A stretch of 63,758 nucleotides of DNA, filler included, from Rhabdomonas costata (Eukaryota): assembly GCA_019059605.1 (NCBI GenBank). It is 30 parts of 30 records of this genome, joined end to end, with 100 filler letters (N's around TTAATTAATTAA, not from the genome) between each part and the next. Parts side by side here need not be neighbours in the genome. Positions count along the whole stretch, not along the records: positions 25,548 to 27,575 come from JAHMHO010006281.1; positions 27,676 to 29,703 come from JAHMHO010006282.1; positions 29,804 to 31,831 come from JAHMHO010006283.1; positions 31,932 to 33,959 come from JAHMHO010006284.1; positions 34,060 to 36,087 come from JAHMHO010006285.1; positions 36,188 to 38,215 come from JAHMHO010006286.1; 24 more parts are not named here. One strand, written 5' to 3'. Below the pieces are notes generated by a model. The model worked only from the letters and a program-made list of their open reading frames with translations, was not told the origin of the DNA and did not search any database. The translations under genes were made by a program, and so were the position numbers. The stretch's first letter is position 1. Every line of letters begins with the position of its first letter. Shown here piece by piece: positions 26,034 through 38,125 of the stretch.

Positions 26034-27980
26034 TTGCGGTACGATAAAACAATTTACAAAAAACAAGGCCCACACCAAGTTACGGGGAAAAGTTGCAGGA
26101 ATTAGAAGAGGGCGTGTGAACGGGAGGTTTGGCAGCGGAAGAGAGGGGAATGAACCAGGACAGGAGGGGAATGCACGAGACACACCGAGAGGGGGGGGGG
26201 AGAAGAAACCGTGCTGTCAGCGGTGCAAAACCTTGAAAAAAATGCTGAAGGTGCACCACACGCTCACAAAAAATGCAAAGATTTTAGCTGTCGCTTGCTA
26301 AACTGTGCCTAAGCAATGCAGCGGTAAAAGAGGGGCTGCGAGTCCCAAAAGTGTAAGAAATGAGCACAATGATCATCAGACGACGAGAAAAGAGAGGGAA
26401 CGACAGTGTACTTTCACAATCAATTCAACAAGTGGGAATATGCGAAGAACAGAACAACGCACAAAAGCAGCAAGCTCTCCCATACGTTCCCAGTACCCAC
26501 CACTCATGCCATCTTAGCTTCTAGCTTCTTTTGCGGTGGGTCGTAGCGACACGATACCTTACAGGCATTATCTATGATTGTCTCTCATTGCGTTCGACCA
26601 CCGCAGAGCGTGGAGCCCTCAAATCGGTTAAACGAGACTCAGAGTATAGGCGAAATCTAACTGAGCTCAAATTTGACGGCCAAGATTGACACCAGCAGCC
26701 ATATTTCCAAGAGGGATCTTCTTCTTCTACTTCTTCACAATTGCAAAACGAAACTACCGCAGCCAAGCGCGAGCACGCACACCCTGGCACCAGTCGGGCG
26801 TCACTACCCCAGGGGGGCACATGTCCCCGAGGCCACTCTCCGCACCCTTTGCCGCGGTCATCCTGGCGGTGCTGTATTCCGAGCACACGCGGTGGGGCTG
26901 GCACAAGTCCGTGCCGTGGATGGAGTTGAAGCGCCAATCGTTTCTAGAAAAACAAACACTGGATGTGACCCAACTTCCGGTACGAAGGGCAAAGGCATCA
27001 TTTCCGACTGCAAAAGGGGTTTCAGCAGTTCTTATCGTGTTGGTATTGGATATTCTCGTAGCAATAAACAGACGTTCGGATGAACAGAATGCGGCGCAAG
27101 GCAGAAGCTGAGAGCGCATGCATCGTCACATGAACACCAAAGACAAACTTGAAAACATACACCCCAACCGCATCATACAAATCGAACCATGAGACCCGAA
27201 GCCACCACTCCAACACTAATCTCCAAACCCTGAGCCCAACACTACCACTCCGTTCGTTCTCTGGCAACCATGAGCCCCAACCCTGGCTCCTATCCTCCAA
27301 ACCGTGTGCCACTGGACCAAAACAACTAGAAAACAACACGTGTGGACCTATAGCAGTCCAGAAGCACACCAAAACGGCATGAAACACAGCCCAACCAAGC
27401 AGCGATGCGGAGGCTGAAGAAAGAAGCACTGCAGAATGCTGTACAAAAGAAGGCATAAAGAAGGAGGACGACAGCACACCCTGAAAGACTTCCAAAGCAG
27501 TAGGGGTCGAGGCACCAGTTGCAGTCACCTGCGAAAAAACCACGCAAGCACAGGCCAAAAGCATTTCCGCAAAACNNNNNNNNNNNNNNNNNNNNNNNNN
27601 NNNNNNNNNNNNNNNNNNNTTAATTAATTAANNNNNNNNNNNNNNNNNNNNNNNNNNNNNNNNNNNNNNNNNNNNCCTGTCGCCTGTCGGTTTGGTGGCG
27701 TTTTGCCACCTTTCCAGCTTTTCCTTGGCGCTTTCCTTATGGACCAGCATGGATCGGCGCACCACAGTGGGCGCTTTTTTGTCTGTTTCTATTCCGCTTT
27801 GAAAGCCTTCGCTGTTTGTGCCTTTTGGTAGCTCGTCCTTCTTTCCTCTTTTCCCGCCCACCGTTCTTTTTTGGAGTCGAGCATCGGTGTCAGTGCTTCG
27901 TTTTCCGCAGTTGGTCGTTGGACTGTACTGAAGCTGATGTCCCTCTCTTTCACCCCTCGGGTTTTCAAACAATTTTGTAG

Positions 27981-29434
27981 GATGCCATCCTTGTGGATCC
28001 CAGCCTAGTGGTGGCGCCGCGGGTGCGTAAGGGCAACCTGGGCTTTGTACGAGCCACGCCGCAGCAGGTCTATGCCGCGTTTGGGTGGTGGAAGATGCGG
28101 CGGTACTGCCGTGTCAAGCGGGGCTACCCCGTGGGAAAGCCACTGCTACCCATATTTGAGGTCCAATGTGCCTGCGTGTATCTGTGCCATCCTCTTCCCT
28201 AAGCCTTGTTTGCTGCCAGTTGCTGTCTCGGCATCTGGGCTTCCTTGCGTGTTATCGATAAACCATGGCGTGTCAGAACAACGTTATCGCCGTCCATTTT
28301 TTGTTGGTGTCATGTTTGCTCTAATATTTTTGTTTTTGGGCATGCTTAAGCTCTGTCCTTATTTGCAATGCACTGACTTTCGATAATGTAAGTGTTTTAC
28401 GGAGGTTAGCACATTGTCACCTGCTCGCAGACTTCTCCTGAGGGAGTGGACATTCAGCAGCCCTTTCATCGCCGCGATGCGGCCCCGGTGGCCACAAAGA
28501 GCACTCTATCGATGAACCAGGCATCCCTCCCCGTTTCCTCTATCTGTGCGCGCTTGTTTGGCAACATCCCACCCCATTTTTTTTGTTTGACGGAGCCGCC
28601 CATTCTACTGTTTGTCGATTTGCTTGTGCTTCACGTGTGTATCGGTAGTTCTTTCGCCTTGCAGATCGTGAAGGTGTTCCTGGAGCTATCAAATGGCACC
28701 AGTTGCTGCAAAGCTTTTTTTCTTGCGCTCCGATATTGCTTGCGGATGTTTCATCGTTGAGGAATGGTGCATGTGCGGGGAAGCGGGGACGCTACGGCGT
28801 AGGGCGATGGTGACGGGCGCTATCTCTTTGTCACCTGCGAAACAGTGCGAGGACACCCGGGAGCTGTACGCCGAGCTGCAGTCCCAGCGAAGGTACCTTC
28901 ACCGTGCCCTGCAAGCCCTGGTGGCGATTAAGGAGCGCGAGATGCTCAAGAAGGAGAGCTTTGAGGTATGTTGGGAACGTGTGCAGAGTGCATGGCTGAT
29001 GCGTTGTTTCTCGTCATTCGTAAGTATTGAAGACCCAGTTGTGTTTTCTGGTCATCAGCTGTTTCGGTCTCTGTTGACGATATGCAGCTCCTTTGTCTGC
29101 ATTGTTGCAGATTGGAGGTGCCGCTCCCTACCTTCACCAAAGCGTCTGCTCCGTCTTTGCCTGTTTTCGTTATTCGACTTTTTCTGGGAAGGTACAATTT
29201 CAAATCTGGGCGCGAAAGCGGGAGACCAGCTGCTCCGACGTACTCGGCGCTGTTCCTGGCTCTTCTGCCGCCGTGTCTGCGACCTCCTCGGGGCACCTTA
29301 TGGGGAGCGGTAGCCCCAGCAATCGGCCGCTGAGGAGAGTAGGCGCCACATCACCGATGCTTACCTTTGCAGAGCATGTGCTGCAGAAGTACGGGGCCAC
29401 GGACCCCGTGGCGAAGGAGCTGGCGAAGATTAAG
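27981..29434 (+). CDS. Enhancer-of-polycomb (EPC/Epl1)-like protein, exons 27981-28160, 28431-28520, 28846-28965, 29192-29434
   Basis: Phase-0 joins give VYAAFGWWKMRR...GKPLLPIFE...QPFHRRD...LYAELQSQRRYLHRALQALVAIKEREMLKKE. This follows the EPC pattern YWxxKR...PL...PYxxFRRR...KLxxLRxxLxxAxxLxxxVxxRExxK. Confidence 0.55.
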
Positions 29435-29803
29435 GCTTGTTTGAGAGGGAGTCGAGAGAAAATATAAAAAATGATAGCCATCCCAGCGGTTTTCAACGTT
29501 TGGGTGGCTCCGAGGAAAATAGTTTGAGTTTGGGTTTGGGTTTGGTTTGGGTTTAGGGTTTCTGATTGCAGTTACATGTCACAAGTGTGGAGTGGTTTTT
29601 TTGCTTTCCTATGTCTTTAAATCCACGCTTCCACGTGCATCCACGCTTTCGCGTGGCCTGAACGCAAAGTTTGGTGCCAAAACGGGGCCTGCCCACAAAC
29701 CACNNNNNNNNNNNNNNNNNNNNNNNNNNNNNNNNNNNNNNNNNNNNTTAATTAATTAANNNNNNNNNNNNNNNNNNNNNNNNNNNNNNNNNNNNNNNNN
29801 NNN

Positions 29804-31475
29804 AACTCGGGAGAAAGGTGAAAATGAAACCTTCTTGCTCAAGAACACTGGAACACACCCTGTGGATTTCTAGTGCTGTCTGATCGTGTGTTGTATACCT
29901 CCTTCCACGCGAATTCCATCCATTGGCCTGGCTATCTGCATTGCCAGCGGTATTCCACACTGTCTCCCTGCTGGCATTTCATCTTTCACCTCGCCCTGCT
30001 CTGCTCTGCTTGATATATAGCCTGACACATAACCTGGCAATGAGCTGGCTCACGCGGGGCTGAGCTTCAACTTCTGCCTCAGCTGACCCTTGACAAAATG
30101 GTTCTCTGCAAAAACTCTGGAAAATGTCTGTGTCCCACGCATGTGACTTTTCTCTCACGCCTCTTGATGTGGAACACCTGGGTGATTTGTGCCGTTACAC
30201 TCTCCACTGCTAGTCTCAAAAACAAAAACATGGCATGAATCTGCACCACATGTGGATGAGAGGGACACATCAGCTGGAGCATCATCACACCAGTCTGTGG
30301 AAAGGCTCCCCGCACACCACAAACCTTACACATCTGTATTTTACGCAACGCTGTGGAAACACACACACTCTCACATCATCCGGCACACACTCACACTCAC
30401 ACAGTCATATATATGATCGGTGATAAAAAGATACAACTCTGGAACTCTACACTTAGCAAACCCTAACAACAGTTATTTTTCAACCTTCCTCTGGATTGCA
30501 TATCACCACATTACGGAAATATGCATTGGACTGTCGAAGCGATTCCATAAACGGGGGTGGAGATGGTGGTGGCACCTTCCTTGTGGAAGTCTCCTCAATC
30601 GACTGTGCCTGTATTGGTTGTGGCTTTGGCATTGCTTGCCACTGACGTATGACCGTAAATGCTGCTGGTTCTTCTTCACAATCAAGCCGTGTATTCAGCA
30701 CTGAATGATGCTTCAGCTGGGGTTTAGGTGTGTGGGATACTATGAGGAAACTCACTGTGAATGTGGGTGGTGTGTCTATTGCCACTCCAGTAACTGCAGT
30801 CCCCGTCCATTGTTGTGGAACATTTGTCGTTGATGGCGCTACTAGGCCCCCATTAGCTTCCTTCAGCTAAGATAACTTCCATGGCATCAGCTACTGGCTG
30901 TGGATGTGTTTTGTGGACTGGGGGGACGTAATTCACACCCATTTTCTTGTGTGTGACAACTTTGAAAGAAACTCTCTTAAATAAGGCCTCCTCCTCAAAC
31001 CATCGTTCAACAACTACTCTATTTGATCCCAATCATGTTACAATGGTGAACCATCCACCTTCAACTCTTCAACCACTTCAATCACATACTTCAACAACGC
31101 CTGGTCTTCCAATATTGGCGGAACTTCACTCAAAACATGTAGCTCTGGATTACCTATGGCAACCTGTATCCACTCATTTAGATCCTCTAAAGCTGCAAAC
31201 ATCTCCATTCTCCACTCCTCTAGAATACCAAAGTTCTAGAGTACCGAAGTTCTTGACCTCCTTATTCTCTGTCTGACCTTTGTACTCGGACGATATCCAC
31301 TCCACGCCTGTTATCAACTTCTTGGAATTCTCTATCACCTTTGGATTCAACCTTTGCATAACTTCTTCGCAATTTTTTCCACATCTGTAGCTTTCAGTCA
31401 GAAACACTCCATGCATCTGTCATAACGGTTCTCAGTGTTGGTTCGCACAAACGTCAGGAGGTGTGATATGTAACT
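29804..31475 (-). mobile_element. Probable degenerate LTR-retrotransposon 5' region (LTR end plus decayed gag-like frames)
   Basis: On the minus strand, an LTR-like GTTACA end at about 31469-31474 is followed by intronless, stop-riddled frames with a Pro/Gln-rich stretch and Cys/His clusters. No splice pattern. Confidence 0.3.
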
Positions 31476-31935
31476 ATTACTTGCAGATGGTTGCAACATT
31501 CTCAACTCTGGACTGAGCAACACTGGAAAGTACTTAAGCACTCAGTCAAGCGTCTCAAAAGAGAAACTCCAAAGCACTCAGTAGCTTAGTCAGAGCTCTC
31601 CACACAACCCACGCACGCTGGTGATTTTCACCTCTCACCACACCAACGCTGTGGAGCACGCACACAATTTCACCGCTCCTAATGAGGGTGGCTCTTTCAT
31701 CTGTGGATTTGAAACACCACAGGCGCAGCACTGGGGTCTCGCGGTGGAATTAGATCGAGTGGAGGAACTTTTCCAACTTCTCTTCTTTCTTCTGCGAGTT
31801 GTTCATTGCCACTGAAATGGAAAACAAAAACNNNNNNNNNNNNNNNNNNNNNNNNNNNNNNNNNNNNNNNNNNNNTTAATTAATTAANNNNNNNNNNNNN
31901 NNNNNNNNNNNNNNNNNNNNNNNNNNNNNNNGGGG

Positions 31936-32763
31936 TGTTGGGATTCGAAGAGGGACAATTTTAATGTTAGGATTCCAGCCATGCACTCCCTCAGAAAAAC
32001 GACAGTGAGAAAAGGGTAGAAACTGGAAACACCCTCACACTCACTTCCATCCGTAATTCAAACCTAGTATCGTCGAGACATAAACTCTAACTTACGACTC
32101 GAGCAAAATGAGGGGTCTTTCAACCGATGCAAGCGCTTGGTGACGATATAATAAAAGCACATTGGTACTACCGTAACTACCATTCATACAGCAAAAGCAG
32201 CAAACGCGTACAAACTAGAGGTGTGCGTCTGGTTAGTAAAAGGTATGATGAACGAGATGAAGTCACGTGAGAAATGGAACGCCGTATCACAGAGCAATGA
32301 GTAAAAAAGTAAACGGCTAACGTTCCTTCCTTCTATACGGTGCCTTGTGAGTTTGCTCATTGGTGTAGGCTCTAGTACCGCCCCCTTTGCCCTCGGATCT
32401 AACAGTCTTTCATTCGGGCGGATTGCCCGGTTCACCGCCGCCTCGACGCGTTCGGTCACGGGGACCCTCCACGCCGCATCGAGCACAGCACACAGCAGGA
32501 GGAAACCACTGTACCCACCTCCCAGCAAACTATATTTCGCCACGAGGGTGCATATCAAGGCCTCCTACCAATAAAGGGTCACAGACATAACCTAAAGATC
32601 TATCGCCCTTCTCCAAGCACTTCTCCGCTACGTCGTCCCAATGGACGGATGGAAGTGAGTGTGAGGGTGTTTCCAGTTTCTTCCCTTTTCTCACTGTCGT
32701 TTTTCTGAGGGAGTGCATGGCTGGAATCCCAACATTAAATTTGTCCCTCTTCGAATCCCAACA
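31936..32763. mobile_element. Candidate non-autonomous TIR element with inverted repeats of at least 119 bp
   Basis: 31936-32054 is the reverse complement of 32645-32763 with 3 mismatches. Each arm contains TGTT(G/A)GGATTC twice. Confidence 0.55.
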
Positions 32764-34504
32764 TTGCCCCTTTTGAGTCGGTTTTACAGCGCTCTTGGAC
32801 AGCGCAGCGACCCTCGCCCCCTCATGTGGACTTATTGGAGCGCAGAAGTCCACATCTGCCATTGCAATAGCTTATTTCGCGACTAGTGCTTTAGAGCAGT
32901 CATTAGTTTCAGGGGAAAAAACGAGCCCCCCGCCCTGCTACCCCATAGGCGCCACGGGCAAGGCGCAAACCCTAACCCTAAACCCCTTCGCTGGAACCAT
33001 TTCTCCTGCAGGCCGCAGGAGAAAATACAGAAACCCAAGGGAAAGGTGGAAGCAACAAAATGCCTCAGTTTTCTCTGTTGTTTCTCTCGAGCAAAAAGCA
33101 AAGATGATGAGACTAGCCCATGCCACCGATTCCTTAACATTATGTTACGGCGTGCTTTTGATGGGACTGTGCACAGTTTCACCACGGCTCAACCCCCTCC
33201 CCACTCCACAGCACTTTCCAAAGGGGATGCTTTGCCAGTTTCCCGACCATCAGGCGCCAAAAATGGCCTGTGTGCACTGCGGGAGGCCACACCTGTGGTT
33301 GCGGTGGTTTCTCTCTTCGGAGCCGATTCATAGTCACAGTGAAATGACAGCCCATTCAATGAGAGGGCTTTGGAGCGGGCGAACTGATAAGCACAAGCAC
33401 AAACTTGTGCTTGAGGAATGACCAAATGCGTACGGAGGTCAGCCACACGATTTCGGAACACAAAGATAGCGGACCGCTTCAGTTTCAGTTTTACGAAGGT
33501 CAACCCAATCATTGCCACAGCGTTTGTTCTGAATAGAATTCTTTTTGTCTGCCAACCCGAACCAAAAAAAAGCTTACGTTGTTGTGTGGGAACCCGAAAC
33601 GACCAAACGCCGGAGTCTCCCCCCTGTGGCATCCCACTCGGCAGTTTCCATGGAAGGCTTTGTGTGTTTTCAACGCGTTGGAGTGGTTTGCTGGAATTAC
33701 CCCCTTTGGTGTCTTCCGAGGTGCAGGACCTTCACGGCCAAACCGCTCAGTGACTTTGGAGTGACAATTTGGTGCGTGAGCACAGGACTTTCTGACAAAC
33801 CTTCATGGGCTTCGTGAGTAAGGACGGTGCACCGAGGAAGGCAAGAAATGCGGCCATTAAAATGCCGTCCCCTTTAAAGTACATGGGAGTTACCCGAAAG
33901 TTATATCAGCCCACTCCAGGATGAACTAGGACAAACAAACGAACAAATTCACAAACACANNNNNNNNNNNNNNNNNNNNNNNNNNNNNNNNNNNNNNNNN
34001 NNNTTAATTAATTAANNNNNNNNNNNNNNNNNNNNNNNNNNNNNNNNNNNNNNNNNNNNGTGGTTTGTTGCATGATGCAAGGGCGAAAGATTAACACACA
34101 CATAAGAAAAGAGAGGTCGTCAGTGACACGTCGATCATTCACCATTGGCAAACTTTGGTAGCGAAAGCTTTCAAGAAGTGTCCTGAAGCAAGAGAACATC
34201 AGCTTAAATCTGACATGTTAATAATATTGGAGTGCGAAGCCGAAGCAGTTTTGGGTTTTTGACAATTACAGGGTTCCACAAAATGCGACAGTGGCGCGAT
34301 CCTCTCGTCACAGGTCGTTCTGTGTGTCCCATTTAACAAATGTTCGTTTTTGTATTTTTGCATCACTAATCGGGGTGCGAATCGGACCCCTCTGCTGCTG
34401 GGCGGACGTTCTTGGGTAACCTCACTGGTTCATTGCACCGCGGTTCTGGGGAGCTCCAATTCTCAGGTCACCATTCACGCACACGCACACCAACAACATT
34501 ACAC

Positions 34505-35676
34505 CGCAATTGCAAAGCGGTTGCAGTTGCCCTGGAACCGCTGCGCAAGGGTGGTCAGGCTGTCCGTCTTCTGCGCGATCTGGAACGCCGCGAACTCGTG
34601 GGTGGCCACCAGGTTGGCGAGCGCGGCCAGGAGATGGATCCGCGCCTCGACCTTCCCCAAGGAGGCCCCGCTGAGCTCCGAGAACAGCCGAGAAAGCGCC
34701 GTACCACCCTCCACGGCCATCAAGGCTTCCGCCCCTGGGGGCACCAGGACCAGGTTGCGCAGCGCCGCCAGAACCTCCTGCACAAAATGGCGGCGTGCAG
34801 CGGGAACGCCCCTCGATAAGGTATGCGCTATAAGCCGCGAAGAAATGACAAGTGATGAAGAGTTGCACTGATGGGAAGCAGTTCCCGGGGTAGGCAACAG
34901 AACCTAGTGTCGGGTGGTGTGTGGGCGGAATGACAGCTTGGCGGAATGTTGTAGGTGAGCAGAGGCATGTCCACAGCTGCGCATAAATGGGTGAGGCAGG
35001 GTCTATAAAAGATAAAAAACCAATAGAAACAAGCGGAGAGTTTTATCCGCGCGAGGTCCGAAGCCTTTACCTTCCATTTGGGCTTCCAAAAATGGAGTGA
35101 CCACTCGCCACAGGGAGCCACCACTAGGGATCCACCACCGCTACCACCGCCCAAACATGCCCCTCAGAGGTTTCCCGCAAGGGAAGGGTTCACGATTCGT
35201 CCGCGACGAACCCCACTCGGAATGTCTACCGACTTCTTGCTGCACATTACGACGACACTGAACCAAAGCGTGATCAAAATGCAAGAGAGGCCCTTTCCTT
35301 CCCTGTCCAAGCCTCTCGGGGCCGCAACACGTACCACCCCAATCTCCGGGGCGGCGCCCTTCTTCCAGGCCGCCCACACCACGGACACGGCCTCGTTCTG
35401 CACCAGCACCGTGGCGTGGGCGGGCACGCTGGCCGCCTTGGCCATTGCGGAGAGCAGGTGGCAGATCGTTACCAGCCGCGGCGGGGTGTGGGTCTGCAGG
35501 GCCTCCAGAAGGCTGGGCAGCCCCGCCAGCAGGGTGGCCGGAATGGTCGGGGACTGCAGGTCGGTGTACAGGGTGGACCACTCGGACTCACTGAGCTGCT
35601 CCGTCTGGAGGATCTTCTGCACGAGCTCCGAGCACCGCTGCTCCGGGGTGGTGACCCAGCTCCGAAGCCAGTCCAT
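34505..35676 (-). CDS. Armadillo/HEAT-repeat protein, first exons (35338-35676, about 34505-34777)
   Basis: ATG at 35676 and a GT-AG intron. Helical repeats EVLAALRNLVL..GAEALMAVEGGTALSRL and HLLAALANLVA. Confidence 0.6.
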
Positions 35677-36187
35677 ATTGAGCGTTCAGTCAAACCAACT
35701 CGTGATACACAAGGGCACGAAAGGGCAAACGCCTCCCACTGGGCAGGAAGAAAAGTAACTGAGAAAAAAGCTGTGGGAAAGGGCGATGGGGAGGGAGAAC
35801 GCCGCAAAGAGGAAACGTTCCAAAGATGACCCAAAACGACCGATGCGCAAGATCCAGCACAAAACACACAGCGACTGCAAAAAGAAATGGGGGAGCACCG
35901 AAGAGCGAACAGTTTAGGAACTGAAGAACTTTAATGAAGGCACACGTGCGGACACTGACACAAAAGAGCACGACAAGGGGAGGGGGCAGAGAGGATCAGT
36001 TGAACGAAGCAGCACGAAGAGAAGAGACAGCAATGACTAGGACAACAATTTGTTCATTCCTCACACAAAAACTGCACCACCAAACCCNNNNNNNNNNNNN
36101 NNNNNNNNNNNNNNNNNNNNNNNNNNNNNNNTTAATTAATTAANNNNNNNNNNNNNNNNNNNNNNNNNNNNNNNNNNNNNNNNNNNN

Positions 36188-36337
36188 TGTTCTTTTTCAT
36201 TTACTATTTGGCTTAGTTCTGCTTCCTTATCTAGAAATTGAGTTTCTTGTTCATTTATCTCTTATATGATTTGTTCAAGTTCTTTGTGTGTTTTGCCGAC
36301 GTTTTCATTGTATATGTCTTGAATGACTTGGATCCAT
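36188..36337 (-). pseudogene. Disrupted coiled-coil ORF start downstream of the polyQ ORF
   Basis: ATG GAT CC, then a frameshift into IQVIQDIYNENVGKTHKELEQII*EINEQETQFLDKEAELSQIVNEKE, with TAA at 36262-36264. Confidence 0.45.
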
Positions 36338-36357
36338 TATACTAATACCTAAGATTT

Positions 36358-37407
36358 TTATTGTGGCCTGTTTCTAATTCTGTTTAATAAAACGCTTGCA
36401 GCATGTGCAGCCTGTACAGCCTGTGCGGCCTGTACAGCCTGTGCGGCCTGTATTGATCCTTGTTGCTGTTGGTGCTGCTGTTGCATTTGTAATTGTAACA
36501 GCAATTGTTGTTCTTGTTCCTGTTGTTGCGCTTGTTGTTGTGCTTGCTGTTGTGCTTGCTGTAATTGTAATTGCATCATCAATTGCTGTTCTTGTTGAGC
36601 TTGTTGTTGAGCTTGCATTACTGGTTCATCTTCGTGTTGTTCCTGTAATTCATTAGGTGCAGAGGATGAAGAAGAAGCAGATGATGAAGATGAAGGTAGT
36701 AATGCTGAGAATCTTGGCGCAATCTCTTCAAATTGTGGTAAGTGTTTACCTGTTGCACTTAAATATATAGTATCATTTTCAAGAATATCATTAAATTGTT
36801 TAACAATAAATTTTTCCCATGGCCATTTTTTATTTTTAATTCCATCTTCTAAATAAAGTAAATTCTTGATCATTTCAGGATGTTTTCCCTCAATTTCGCG
36901 TAAAAATTGTTCACGACTTTTTAAGAAATTGGTAGTTTTAGTCAATAAAGAATCTTTTTTCTTTTTAATCAGTTCAAGTTCTGACTGTGCGACTTTCTCA
37001 TCTAATATTGCTTGTTGTATTCTTTCTTTTGCCTTTTCAAGTTGGAGCTGTGCTCGTTTTTCAGATTCTAGTATGTTTCTAACTGCTTTTTTATCTTGCT
37101 GAAAACTGTAAACATCTTCATTAAATGGTATACCGATAAGTTTATCTGCAACTCGTTTGAAAAACCCCCGTTTGTGCGATGGTTCATTATCTCCATCATT
37201 TGGACGTTTCATTCCTCCTATAATCTCTTTTACAATTCCTTTTTTCTTAAGATTTTCATGAGAAGCATTATTAATATGTTCTTCTACCAATTGTAAAAGT
37301 TCTTTGTATTCATTTTCTGTTAGATTTAGTCTTTTTAATTCCCTAATAACATTATGTTTTGTGATCGCTTTTAGACCATTTAGCGATACTTGCCGTTTAC
37401 CTTTCAT
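36358..37407 (-). CDS. Hypothetical 349-aa coiled-coil protein with Ser- and polyQ/QA-rich C-terminus (viral/Polinton accessory)
   Basis: Intact intronless ATG-to-TAA ORF in AT-rich DNA, divergent from the ATPase. Confidence 0.75.
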   Translation of the reverse strand: MKGKRQVSLNGLKAITKHNVIRELKRLNLTENEYKELLQLVEEHINNASHENLKKKGIVKEIIGGMKRPNDGDNEPSHKRGFFKRVADKLIGIPFNEDVYSFQQDKKAVRNILESEKRAQLQLEKAKERIQQAILDEKVAQSELELIKKKKDSLLTKTTNFLKSREQFLREIEGKHPEMIKNLLYLEDGIKNKKWPWEKFIVKQFNDILENDTIYLSATGKHLPQFEEIAPRFSALLPSSSSSASSSSSAPNELQEQHEDEPVMQAQQQAQQEQQLMMQLQLQQAQQQAQQQAQQQEQEQQLLLQLQMQQQHQQQQGSIQAAQAVQAAQAVQAAHAASVLLNRIRNRPQ

Positions 37408-37453
37408 ATATATTTACGTAACATTTTTAATATCACGTAATATTATTATAATA
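37408..37453. promoter_or_regulatory. Putative bidirectional promoter (46 bp)
   Basis: Short AT-rich gap between divergent ATGs, containing TTACGTAA and TCACGTAA. Confidence 0.45.
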
Positions 37454-38125
37454 ATGTCACAAAAGAATAAGTCTAAATTACCAGATGAAATAATTTATAT
37501 TCCTAATGCCGATAAAGAAAACTATGAAAAAGCAGATCCAAACAATCTTGCCAACATGCCTGCGCCTAATCGTATAGCGTTCTGCGGTGTACCAGGCCTG
37601 GGTAAGACACAAGCTATAAAAAACGTACTTATTAGGTCCTTCCCGCCATACGAACGCATTGTTGTTTATCATGTTGACCCAACGTCAGAGGAGTACAGCG
37701 ATATAGACGCAGAGTACGTTTCGGAAATTCCAGAGGTTGATTTTTGGGATAGAAATATGAAAAATCTATTCATTTTAGAAGACATAAATTTTAAACGGTT
37801 AAAATCCGATCAACGCCAGCTCGTTGATAGATACTATGGATCATTCAGTACGCATCATTCAATATCTGTATGGTCCACTTTTCAACGTGCTTTTGCATGT
37901 CCACCAGAAATTAGAGATTATTGTAATATTTTGTTTATTTGGAATTCAAAAAATCTTCGTTCTTTAGTTTATCTAGCTTCGACATTAGGTATTGAAGCCG
38001 ATGATTTTAAATACATATTCAAAAACATCTGTAAAGATAAACATGATTTTCTTGTTATTGATTCAACTAGACCTGATGCACACTTGCGAAAAAATATATT
38101 TGAAGTTATTAAATATAGTGGTTAA
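37454..38125 (+). CDS. A32-like (FtsK-HerA superfamily) DNA packaging ATPase, 223 aa
   Basis: Walker A CGVPGLGKT, Walker B LFILED, then STHHSISVWSTFQ and PPEIRDYCNILFIW, the motif order of A32/Polinton/virophage ATPases. Likely true ATG at 37454. Confidence 0.85.
   Translation: MSQKNKSKLPDEIIYIPNADKENYEKADPNNLANMPAPNRIAFCGVPGLGKTQAIKNVLIRSFPPYERIVVYHVDPTSEEYSDIDAEYVSEIPEVDFWDRNMKNLFILEDINFKRLKSDQRQLVDRYYGSFSTHHSISVWSTFQRAFACPPEIRDYCNILFIWNSKNLRSLVYLASTLGIEADDFKYIFKNICKDKHDFLVIDSTRPDAHLRKNIFEVIKYSG

Noticed and set aside
29525-29562. Telomere-like TTTGGG/TTTAGGG run (also CCCTAA at about 32968-32987)
   Set aside because: Only a few degenerate internal units; not an array.
37304-37453. N-terminal extension of the ATPase ORF given in the ORF track
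   Set aside because: It begins at a non-ATG codon and overlaps the divergent gene; the ATG at 37454 is the plausible start.
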